This document shows, one piece after another, positions 12,398-23,400 of a stretch of DNA of 64,000 nucleotides; position 1 is the stretch's first letter; every line of letters starts with the position of its first letter. Under the pieces are notes generated by a model, which was not told where the DNA came from, ran no database searches, and worked only from the letters and a program-made list of their open reading frames with translations. Made by a program: the position numbers and the translations under genes. Origin of the DNA: Ramazzottius varieornatus (Eukaryota > Animalia > Tardigrada); contig BDGG01000009.1 in assembly GCA_001949185.1 (NCBI GenBank), positions 1,229,624 to 1,293,623 of the forward strand, given 5' to 3'.

Positions 12398-13293
12398 TTA
12401 GGTGCGGAAGTATGACTTGTCTCCTATTTTCGTGCACCAACTTCAAAAAAATGTTTTCTCCCGTTTGAGCGAAGTGTCTCACCTCCAGATTTTTACGATA
12501 TGATGCATCATCATTCGGCTTTCGAATTTTCTCATGGATGTTCAAATCGTCGGTCTTCGTCGAACTGCAAATTCAGTTGAGTGAAAGTGACTGTTTTGCG
12601 AAAAACCCGTCACCTACGCGAAAACAAATTTTTCGTGTGCCTAAATCCCTTCGAAAACCTGATGATGTCTGCAAAACTCACTCTAGCAAACGTTCTCGGA
12701 GCGAAGCACGGGATGCCAAAGTTATCCGAGTGGAAACTTGGGCACGAGTCAAGACAATGTTGCCTCGCGAGGGCTCTAGGAGTTTGATCGTTAATCCACT
12801 TCGGCCAGGAATAGAGCACAACCTGGTGCATCTGCTGAACATCATACCGAAGATTTCGGGAAGTCCGTGAGACGGGAAAAATTTAGTTCTGACTACATCA
12901 CTAAAGTGGCGCACTTTGAAAGCTGGTTCACACCCGGAAAAACGGAAGTTCTTATTTTTCAGATTCCACAAGCTGCAATGAGAAAACTTCTTACGGCCAT
13001 AATAAAGAACCAACTTTGGTCTACAGCATGACAAGATCCGCTTCGAAGTTGATGAGGCCAGTGCCGGGAGAAAAGAATTGAAAAACGGCGAAAATAACTT
13101 CCCCCTTTGACTTTAAACTCGGCTTTCTCCTTCCGTTATCAACGCACAGACGCCCAGTTCTTGCTTCCGTGAAAACAGCAATTTGACGGCCAACATGTTG
13201 CATGAAGGAGAAGAGCAAAGACCAGGAACAAAGTCGCGAAAAACTTTCAAATGTGTTCTCTCGAAAAGGGACAAGTCATACTTTCGCACCTAA
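12398..13293. mobile_element. Non-autonomous mariner-like element
   Basis: TA|TTAGGTGCGGAAGTATGACTTGTC ... GACAAGTCATACTTTCGCACCTAA; a second copy of the same left end starts at ~13353. Confidence 0.75.
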
Positions 13294-13460
13294 TTGTTAC
13301 ATTGTGATTGGTTATGTTTCGTACACATGTACGCGACATCTTAGTGAAAATATTAGGTGCGGAAGTATGACTTGTCCCCTTGTCCTCTGACGAATTTATT
13401 TTGCTTCGCCCACGCTGTGTCTCAAACTTTCTGATCGGCTTACGCACCCATACCAGCACG

Positions 13461-13622
13461 TAGAGTGGACTGACCAAGCTTTGGTCGGACCAATTAGCCG
13501 ATTTTTGTGACCAATGGTCAAAATGGACTGGCGCATTTTGAGCATTGGCCAAAATATTTGACTGAAAAGTCAACCAAAAATCGGCCAATTGGTGCGACCA
13601 AAGCTTGGTCAAATCCACTCTA
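13461..13622. mobile_element. Palindromic MITE, possibly hAT-derived
   Basis: TAGAGTGGACTGACCAAGCTTTGGTCG ... CGACCAAAGCTTGGTCAAATCCACTCTA; flanks CCAGCACG / CTAGTACT could be a decayed 8-bp TSD. Confidence 0.7.
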
Positions 13623-13909
13623 CTAGTACTGGCACGGCAATCCCGAAATTTTTTTAAAAGACATTTCGCTCCATTGCTACCAAAGGCCGGGGAAAAGGTA
13701 GAATAAACTCTGTAACGGAAGATTTCAAACCCACTTCCGGGAAAATTTTTCTATCTCGTTGGATAACATCCAAGTTATTGAGCAAGTGATAATCTATTAG
13801 CACCACGATCCTACTATAAGAATTTTGAATAGAAAACTCCAATTGCGCGAAGTTTTGCGCGAAGTTTTGCGCGATAGTAACTGAAGTTTTGCATCAGGAG
13901 TTTGAGATA

Positions 13910-14771
13910 CAGTCACCGTCACGGGTCATGGGCAACCATGGCCATCATTTGCGTCCTTGTATCTCCCGAACCCGTCGTCCAATTTCAGTAATTCAAAAAG
14001 TATCTTGTCGAATACACCTGAAGCATCTCAACCACGTCACCGTCCGGTCAGTATTTCAATGAACCAACCGGTTAGGACCGGTGGTTCGGACAAGGAAGTG
14101 AGGGTAGTTTTTGGCTGCGTATCACGTGACACGATTATGGCAGTGCCCGAACGGTCAAAATGTAGCTCACACATCGGTCTATCTACCATACCCAAAGAGA
14201 CCTTCCGTTAAAATTTCTTGCAAAATTTTTTCGTATACGACTTCCAACCTACTTTTCCGAACAAATTTGATCAATTATTTCCTTTCTCGCTCGTCTGTGT
14301 ACTTTGCAGGACAAAAATAGGCTCATTCAGGAGATTAAACCCTGTTCGATCCGTCTAAGCTTATTTCGCAGAAATCGGACGAGAACAACGGAAGATTTGT
14401 CGAGTGGAAGCACTTTCGTTCATAAAAATGTCAAAAAGTTGGCCACAAATCCCATAGGAAAAAAATTGCAAGAAATTTTCAGGGAAGATCTGTTCTGGTG
14501 TGATAGATAGACCGATGTATGAGCTACATTTTGACCGTTCGGGCACTGCCATAATCGTGTCACGTGATACGCAGCCAAAAACTACCCTCACTTCCTTGTC
14601 CGAACCACCGGTCCTAACCGGTTGGTTCATTGAAATACTGACCGGACGGTGACGTGGTTGAGATGCTTCAGGTGTATTCGACAAGATACTTTTTGAATTA
14701 CTGAAATTGGACGACGGGTTCGGGAGATACAAGGACGCAAATGATGGCCGTGGTTGCCCATGACCCATGAC
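13910..14771. mobile_element. Non-autonomous Tc1/mariner-type foldback element, same terminal family as 7764-8651, right tip missing
   Basis: TA|CAGTCACCGTCACGGGTCATGG...; ~300-bp near-identical inverted arms (13910-~14230 vs ~14450-14771), seen also as mirrored ORFs 13957+ and 14361-. Confidence 0.88.
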
Positions 14772-14888
14772 TTTCGAACCGTAAGCATTGGTTCGAAAGT
14801 TTTTTGGTGGTTTGGCGGTTTGGCTGTGTCGAAACGTTTCATTTCTCGCTTAGAACTCTTCTATAGAGTGCCGTATTGTGTTACGAAG

Positions 14889-15590
14889 TTCCAGGAATTT
14901 GATGATTTGGTGATCGTCGGGAAGAGCAGAGCAGCGTTGGCATTGCTGGTTAGGATGGCGATTGACGGGTTGGATAGCATTGAATTCGTGGTCAACGTAG
15001 CGAAGTCAACGGTGATGGATATCGTCTACAAGAACGGCGAGCGAGGGGTGGATAGCAGCGAATTAGCCATTGGAGGTGGAGAGATCATGCCTGCTCTGAC
15101 GAAGGAAGAGACGGTGGTGTACCTAGGAGTCAATCGCAGGTACAACTTGGGATTCGACTTGAAGCAAGAACTGGAGGAGTTTGGAGGAAAGCTGCAGAGG
15201 CTGCACAGCTAACCCGTTCCGGCATGCTGACCAGAAACTGGTCTTGGTGAAACAGTACCTGTGGCCGACCATAATTTACGACCTGCAAATGGTGCCACTA
15301 GGATCCAACATCGTCAAGGATCTGGCTACGGACGACGTCATCAAGTTGTTCGCCTTTAGTTGCATTCGTCTTCCTTCCAGCACACTCACAGGCTTCCTCT
15401 TCGCATCAAGAGCCAGAGGAGGGCACGCCGTGCCAAAGCCCACGGAGGAGTATGCCATCCAGCAGATCAGTTCCACCGTCCTGCTGAACAGTTCGACTGA
15501 TGTGTACTTGAAAGAGTTCCGGAAGCCAAGTCAAGAGATCCAGCGAATGGTGGCTAGTCTGCATACCAAGGTGGAAGTGACAGAAAGGGA
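14889..15590 (+). pseudogene. Fragment of non-LTR retrotransposon reverse transcriptase (R2/R4/NeSL-like RLE clades), frameshifted
   Basis: FDDLVIVG (decayed YADD), VNVAKS, YLGV, then after a frameshift QKLVLVKQYLWPTIIY...DDVIK...LPSST...FLFASRARGGHAVP, matching the thumb region (LP..T...LY.....GGLG.P). Confidence 0.75.
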
Positions 15591-16959
15591 TATGTTTGAC
15601 ACTTTCAGCACGATCGTTTTCATGCTTGCAGAATACTACCGTCCTCTTTGTGTAAACAGGAATTTTATTGGCTGGTACCGTGTTGCGGGTCCAGCCAATA
15701 GGCTATTTTCGAAATTTCAAAATTCGGATAATTGGCAGGCCATGAACGCCAAATCTCAAAAGGGAGAACTGGTCGTCTTGATTTTCTTCTGACCGCACTG
15801 ATGACAAAAAAATTCATCCCAGGCTTGGCTTCGATAGATAAGACTGTCCCCAGTGCTCCAGTTTTTTTCCAAGTTTTTTTATACTCCACCGTGGGAACAT
15901 CACCAGTAATAATTAGTACCTTTGATGAGCGTCTTCAACAACTGATCTGCTGCACTTGGAGTGTCGCTTGACTGGAAGTGCTGTTCGTATTCCGTCTCCA
16001 GAAGCTCGAGGATGTTCATACGATTGACGGAATCCATATCGGCAATTGCTCGGGTTATGAAGAAGCAAGCGCACCGTTTTGGTGAACACCAGCTGATCTT
16101 ACGCGATAAAGTGCAGTTTAGTCAATCAACACGCCAATCAACCAGGTAATCAAACCTCTTGATTAACGGAACAGCCATTTACCGCCCGGAATCTGACGTC
16201 ACTTCCGCTTGCTGCTGTGTCTTCTAGGATTATCTTCCGTCAAATCTATTTTATGCCTCTATGTGGGTGTAGGCGGCCCAATATCCGGGATATCATTTTT
16301 GTTCTCAAAGGACCCGTTTCCTGACTTAATGTTTGAGAGGACATCAAGGGGCAGGGAATGGTAACTTTACCGCAGCTCTCCGTGGTTCGAAGTCTCAAAA
16401 AATTGTTCCGGCTTTTTTGGGGAGATATTCCAGTGCGATCAACAGCTGAACCACCCCATCCTGGTGGGTTTGGTGTCAAAACGATTGTACGTGCAGTCTT
16501 ACGCTATTTGGGTAGTGTCAAGTAGAAACCGTAAATCATGAATTCTTTCCAACTGTTCAGGAATCGACTTTTTATGTCTGGGCACCTGAGGGCGATCCGA
16601 GAGTTTCTGTACGACGCGATAGAGCAACTCAAGAGCTTTCTATCGCGCTTGACAGAATTTTTATCAGAATTATGAGACGGAAGATATTGACGCGGCAACC
16701 AAGGGTGAGAAAATGAAAAAATCTCCAAAACGCAATATTCTAAAATGAAACTTGAATATGCTTTGAAACTGAACACTAGAATTGCGATCACGTTTGAAAA
16801 CGCAAATGAGATAGGAACTTTCAAAACAGGCACAAAATACCATAAAAGGTTGAAGTGTGACAGTGAGGAGTTGAGGTAACACATTTGTAATTATTCCTCG
16901 TCGATTCCCCCATTGCTTTCGTCTTCTGAATCTTCGTCCATCGGCTCTTTGGACATTGA

Positions 16960-19569
16960 CTTAACGTAAGCGATCCATTCTTCTTGCATGTCAGAGGATA
17001 CGAACTGGGTAATCTCGACGATGAGTTGGTTCTTGCGGATCTCGTCAAGACCTGCAACGCGGAGCTCTCTCGGGGTAGGCCTCTCGTCTACGCGCTTTTG
17101 ACGTTCTGCCTGAGTGTCCTTCCTTACTCTCTATTTGTGATTGTATTCGGGACCAGCTTTTTCTCTGCGTCTCCTTCGACAGCGCAGTGATGGAGCTTTA
17201 CACCTCGATCTCCGCTTTTGAAGAGCCGGAAGTGGAATGATCCCTCTATGCCCTTCACTTCGTCGTAACGGGGTTCGAGGTACGCCTTCCAGTTGAACCA
17301 CGTCCAGCTGAACGGTGCTTCGCCTTTTACAAACGTCATAGAGTGCTTCACCTGTTGACCGACCCTTTCACGAGTCCAGATTCAGATGTCGAACCACACG
17401 CTTGAACAGCCCGAAAAACGCATCAGGGTCAAATTTGGTATGCCCAACTTCTACTATTATATACCTGCCACTGTTGATCAAATAAGCAGAGTATCCGATC
17501 AAGAACCGATTCTAATTCTGGCCGCCTGTAAATGGATAGTTTTTCGTGAGACGTAAAAATAGTACTGGAATAATTATTATAAAATAAGTACGTGCCGCAG
17601 TTGTCGCAGTACATAATGAGCTTTTCTTCCCCGTCATGATTTTGTGAGAGGTTATAGTCCACCATGGAAATCACAGAGTCTGGTCCGTCGGTTCCCGTGC
17701 CATTCTGCCCTTTTGTATTCCCTTCGTCCATCAGGAAGAAATGGCTCTTGGACCTCGTTTCATCGACGAGCCCGATAAGTGCCATTTTCAGGAGAGTCTG
17801 TAAAAACTAGAATTATCAAGTTATTGCTATTAATTCAGGTTATCGCTCTTACCTTGAAATAAGAAGGACCAGCTTGACCCGTATGGTAGGGCAGGGCAAC
17901 ACTCTGCGGGAAATCAAATGTGATGATACGCGTTCCCTCCACATCAGGAGGGAACTGCTGATTGTCGGACGTGATGTGCTTTGCATGGAGTTCCTTGCTG
18001 GCTAAAATGCGAGCCTTATACGCAGCTCGTTGGTCCTTGGCGTGCTTCCGGTGAGCGTCTCATCGCTGTCGCAGATCGTCCACAACCTTGCCCATGCGGC
18101 TGCCATTGTAAATCTGGCTGATCAGTTGGTCACAAGTACCACAAAAGTCAGTGCGTAGTCCGCGGATTTTCGTCTGCGCCACACCGAGCAAAATTTGCAA
18201 AATGTGCTTTTTTGACCAATGTGACTGTGGGGGCAAATGGAAACCTCCGTTTCTAACACAGTCTCTCAGCCGGTTCAGAAGGGAGTCTCTGATATTGTTG
18301 ACGTACTTGAAGCCACCACGGCAGAGGTCAAACCCGTACGCAAACTGACACTTGGCTTCGCGACGATCATCTTCAGTTTTATCCCTTGGGAATGCATTGA
18401 TGAGGAAGCCGATCAGGACGGCGAAGCGTTCATTACGGCTCAGCTCAAACACGCTGTGACGGCGATGGATGCATTGCTCTTTGGTCAGCTTGCTACAATC
18501 TTTGTTGCATTGGTGATGCTGCTTGAACGTTTCGTATTCGGCGTCTTCCTTCTCCGTATTCCACTTCTCTATTCTTTTTCCGCGACGTCCAGCCTGTTGC
18601 ACATAACTCAGTTAACGATTGGCATAATTAGATGCTAGGCTAAAAACGTTGATGTTACTAAGTGCGTTTAGTTGTAAATGCAAATAATCCGGTGCGACCC
18701 GGGACCATGCACGTCTTCGAAGACCACTCCGGGGACCTGCATGGTCATTAGAAGCCAGGACGGTCACCGGCACCTGGAGACCATGCAAGTTCCCGGTGAC
18801 CATCCCGTCACTCGGTTGCTAATTAATTATTGCAAGGTATAATTTGCTCCTATTAATCAACCTAACCTGCTGTTCATCGGTAACGACAGCGTCGACTATT
18901 CCTTCGGCAGCTTCTTGTTCGGTCATTATTTGGCGTTCCAGGTATTCGTTGTAGATATGGCCATACGAGTCCTCCATTGTTATTCCATTTCCGCCCTCCA
19001 TGTCGTACATGGTTATAGTGTGGTTGAGATGTTCACTGGCCGCCAATGGGCCATCATCGGCATGAAAAGTGTCCGTGGAGAACTCCATATCGGGAAAAGC
19101 CGGAGTGCAAAGCGGTGTTGTAATTAGTGGTCCACTCGGATCTCGGTCGTCTTCATCCTCTGTGAACATCAGACTCTTTCACATACCATCGTAAAATACC
19201 CCGAATTCCCTAATTGATGTTTTGCAACTCGAGTAAAAAGTGGGCGTATAAAATGCTCAGGAAACCTTTGTGACAAGCAACCGTTCGTAATGACTTACCA
19301 GTATCACCGTCCGACTCATCTTCATCTTCTTCTTCCCCTACCGTATATGCTTGCGGTGCTACAGCCACGTTAGTGCTTCCATAGCGCATGCCGGTCGGGT
19401 TGATCTGGACGCTTGGTGGTGCTTTTTTGCAGAACTTGAGATGCGCAGTTAGGCGATCCGTCTTTGGAGTCCCGATAATCTCCCTACAGTATTTACGTTC
19501 ATGAGGATAAGTTTTATTGATTTGAATGGTTTGCTTGTGAAAGTGAGTCAACAAATTATTATACACCAT
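16960..19569 (-). mobile_element. Degenerate intron-containing Sola-superfamily (Sola2-like) DNA transposase pseudogene
   Basis: Motifs RTDFCGTCD, TFDFPQSVALP...GPSYFK, FLMDEG...SVISM, YCDNCG|GQN*NR, GHTKFDPDAFFGLFK, WFNWKAYL...GIEGSFHF; premature stops at ~18060 and ~17513; introns ~17527-17591 and ~17798-17852. Element ends not found. Confidence 0.78.
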
Positions 19570-19998
19570 TTTGTCGTCACGTAAAATCTGAAACCGCGGT
19601 ACATTCTTTCTGGGAATTTGCGTGGTCTAATCTTGTGTTTCTTCGTATCGAACTTTCCTGCTTAGAACTTCAATCTTTCTGACCATCTTTACCCGTGGGC
19701 TAAACATGCTCGTTTCAATTATCTACTTTGCGGGCTGATAGATAACAGCATGTGGCATTACGACACTAAAAAAGGAAGATTTGTTACACAAGCGCTCAGT
19801 TCCAGAGGGGTTGACCACCGGCTAGTGACCGATAAAAGATAAGGCCAGCGTGGCAGCTCCCACTGGTAGACTTGTAAGTTTCGCCTTGCGAACTTTAGTC
19901 TGTTGAATTTCTTCTTGCTGATCTTTACCGTCTGCACGATACTCTTCCCATAAGAGTCTATCTTTCTTTCCGATTATTTTCAGCCTACAAGTCGCAAA

Positions 19999-20598
19999 AT
20001 GTTCAAAGCCGCGTTTGTTTGCTTCTTCATGCTCGCTGCTCCTACGGACGCCATTCTGGGACCACTCCTCGGCACTGTCCAAGGATTTCTTCCAGCTGTG
20101 TTGCCCTATGTCGCGCCCTTTGTCAAGGAAATTCGAGACGTGAGTAATGGTCCTTGACTTATAATTAGTAGTTTTCCTCGCGTAAACCATTGACTGAATT
20201 TTTTGGACTGCTTCTTTATATGGACACATTTGTGGGTTGTGAATAACTACCAGGTGACCAAGCAAATCTCCCACGAACAGGCCGATGTCCAAATTGTCGA
20301 GTACGCGAAGGACTTTTACAAAGCCATGAACCAGAAGTGCTACAAGGAGAAGGTTCCAATGGAAGAAGAGATCCACTACCTCAAGATTGCTGTCGGCGCT
20401 GTGGTCTTTCTTATGGTGATCGAAGGTACGTGCCTGCTTTATGCCTTCTGCAATTACGTGTATAATTCTTATCGCTTTCGCTATAATAATTATGGTGGCA
20501 CTCTTGCAGGCATCTGCTTTGTCTTGTTCCTCAATAAGGATCGCCTCAACCACCGGGAAGTGATGGTCACTCTGCGTGCTCAGCCGAATACCGCCTGA
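19999..20598 (+). CDS. Small orphan protein (~133 aa): signal peptide, hydrophobic/amphipathic N-terminus, helical ectodomain, C-terminal transmembrane helix
   Basis: Three coding exons with clean GT-AG introns: MFKAAFVCFFMLAAPTDAILGPLLGTVQGFLPAVLPYVAPFVKEIRD | VTKQ...IAVGAVVFLMVIEG | ICFVLFLNKDRLNHREVMVTLRAQPNTA*. Confidence 0.65.
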
Positions 20599-21119
20599 CC
20601 TTTGTTCGAGCAGTATACACGTTCAAGCCGTATTTTCTACAGTTCTTTGCCTGTCTCTGTTCAGCTTTACTTACTCTGGCTTGTCTCATGTAAACTTCTT
20701 TGTTGGCCAACTCACAGTACAGACGGGTTGAATGTTCATCAACTGCGCTGCTTATGGCATTGAATGTGAACAGCCATGAATACTTGAGACGCAGCAGTTC
20801 TTTATTAATGAAAATCAGAAATCTCCACATTTGCATAATTTTAGGGAAAAACAGTGTCATTCAGGGGTTCTTTTTTTCTTCCCAAGGGCGACGAAATTTC
20901 AACGTTTTTGCCGGCTTCTTTGTGTGCGGCCTTTTGCGGCATTTTAGAGTTCGCTGCAGCTTTTTTTCTCTACAAGATAGCCTAAGAAAAGCACATTTCG
21001 GAATTTTCGCATGATTTAGGGTTACTACTTGACAGTACCCATTTGACGTCATTCTGATTAGTTTTTTTCCGATTATCGGAATGTAGAATTGATCTCTCTT
21101 ATCGAAATGGTTTCGACTA

Positions 21120-21460
21120 CGAGGTAGAGGATATAATTCGGGCATAGTCATTTTCGCATCACAATTCGTGTTTATTTTTTCGGAGCTCCTGCTGCACCTA
21201 GTCACGTCTTTCTTGTTTCCTGAGGTAGATCAATCTTTCTCTTCGAGGTTCGAGTAGGTTTGGGTACGACTTAGATGTTGTAGGTCACAAGATCCTGTCG
21301 TAGGGAAGAGACGGGTCTGTCCAATGTTAAATAGCCTAAAGTTGTATCAACAGTTGTACGATGAGAAATCAATCAAAGGTTGAGCGTAATACTTGACTTT
21401 TTTGCATTGCCCGAATTATGGTGCGAAGATCCTTATGCCCGAATCATGTCCTGTTCCTCT
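21120..21460. mobile_element. ~340-bp mariner-type MITE; second copy at 63204-63546 in opposite orientation
   Basis: TA|CGAGGTAGAGGATATAATTCGGGCATA ... TATGCCCGAATCATGTCCTGTTCCTC; interior is the reverse complement of the 63.2-63.5 kb copy. Confidence 0.8.
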
Positions 21461-21462
21461 TG

Positions 21463-22133
21463 CAGTTAAGGACGTATTGAGCCGGGGAGCAATCTGTGAT
21501 TGCGAACCTTTTCGGTTTTAAAACAGACTTTGAGAAAACTGCAAATCTGCAATTCCGGCGGTGTTTTACAGAAATTGCGGACCTGCAATTTCTGAAATTT
21601 TTCCGAAATTACTGAAGGCTCGGGTGGTTCTAAGCTGAATTTGAAGAGGTGACAGAGCTGAATTTGCAGCACGCTGATGCGCGAAGTACAGTGAATGTAC
21701 AGGTGGGACGCGAGCTAGCGACGTCACCATCTCTATTTTCTGTTTACAGATGCCGGTTCTTTCTCTTAATTTCTCTTAACTTTATGCCATGTATTGGATT
21801 TTTTACACGTTTGTATCCATCGAAATACCCAACTGTCAACTCTCAACTCCCGAAATTCAGAATACCGCAACCGTATGCTTATTCCGAATAAGTCCGCACA
21901 AGACTTCCTCGTCAAATTATCAGTTCAACAGAGTGAATAAATATTACTTGAATATTACCGAAATAGCCCCTAGCGATTTCAAAAATTCAGCGAAACAATA
22001 TTGCAGATATGCAATTTTCTGACCTTTCGACAAGATTTAATGCGGATCGCAAATTGAGCGGTATCCTAGTAAACAATTGCGGATCTGCAGAGTTTGCGAT
22101 AGCGTCCCGCCAACCTCATTACGTCCTTGACTG
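21463..22133. mobile_element. Inverted-repeat element with CAGT termini (Tc1/pogo-like MITE)
   Basis: CAGTTAAGGACGTATTGAG ... CTCATTACGTCCTTGACTG. Confidence 0.6.
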
Positions 22134-23400
22134 CAATGGCCCGCCTAAAGTTGATTGATTGAACAGTAGCCGCGTATCGGAATTGAAACGATTTGAAGTA
22201 CTACAATGGTAATTCAAATTCGTATTTGAATTTCGATCGAATCACGTGTTCCCGTAACTAACCAGTGGACGTGATCTCAGTAATTTGAATTAGAAATCGG
22301 AACAACACTGATTCCGATCAGTGTTATTTTACTATGCAATTGAAATTATAGAAAGTCACGTGCTAATGTTAAGTCTACGTGATCAGCTGACTGTAAGTAA
22401 AATCAATTATCGCTGACGGATTTCAATTATTAAAATTAAAATTCGATTTCCTATTATGGATCTATCAATCAAGCGAACACCAACCCGCAAAATCAAAACG
22501 ATTTTAATTAATAAAATCGATTTCCTATTATAATGATTAAAATAACACTAATTCCGATGTCAAAATTTTTTCGCACAAAAACTGGAATCCCTTTGGATCT
22601 TCCCGACGTGGCCGTTTGATTAACTTTGTGGTGAGTTGGCTAAATGGCTTTAGCTTCGTGTCCCTCGATATTGGTTCCATGTCACCTCATCTGCAGTTAC
22701 AAAAAGTCCTAGAGTGCCAAGGCTTCAAAACCGTTTCCTTAACAATCGTGTCATTAGACAATATTCCGAAAACTGGGTAGCCGAAACCCCTATAATGTAT
22801 ACTCTGTGGTAATCTCTGTACGTCACTCGACTGATTTCTAACAACGATTAAACAGTGAGGTTGCGGTGTACGCCCACAGTGATAAAGTGTTGACGTAATC
22901 AGGCAAATCAAGCACACGCAATCGGTCGTAACAGTGCCTGAACTTCGGTTCGCAAGGGTAATCAGCTGACCGAAAGTTTACTTTGAGAGTAACGTCAAGA
23001 GGTGACGTCACTCTTGAGTTGTGTTTGCTTTCGCGCGGTTCCTGTCTTCCTGATAGCCACGCTTGGCTGTGACGTACGGCGATTACCACAGAGTACACAG
23101 TAAAGATATGCACCACTTTCAAGCAATCTGCAAGTTTTTTTAGAGAGGCATACTTGCAGTATTGTTGATAGAACAGTCTGAATGAAAGACAAGTTTCGGC
23201 GTTCCCGAATCATTCAACAGGAGCGAATAAAACCAAAACTGTCAAAGAAAGTAACATTGTCCACATGGCGCCGCCTAGCGGAGACCCAATAGGACCCATG
23301 CCACCCACTCTGATACGCAATATTATGTAAAAAAAAGCTAGATCACAGAAAATATAAATGAGAATGATGAGCCGGAAATCACATTATTTTGTTTTAGAAC

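Noticed and set aside
12900-12916. Lone AAGTGGCGCAC as another element copy
   Set aside because: There is no partner half-site 25 nt away and no outer arms.
7764-14771. Composite transposon that duplicated ZMYND8
   Set aside because: The paralog is highly diverged while the element arms are still near-identical, so the elements look much younger than the duplication. The two elements also have different interiors.
15918-16040. Coding-like minus-strand exon MDSVNRMNILELLETEYEQHF...LIK followed by GT
   Set aside because: No further exons or homology could be identified; it may be a TE or gene fragment.
19822-20553. 243-aa minus-strand ORF
   Set aside because: It is the antisense shadow of the spliced plus-strand orphan gene, which has clean splice signals and a coherent topology.
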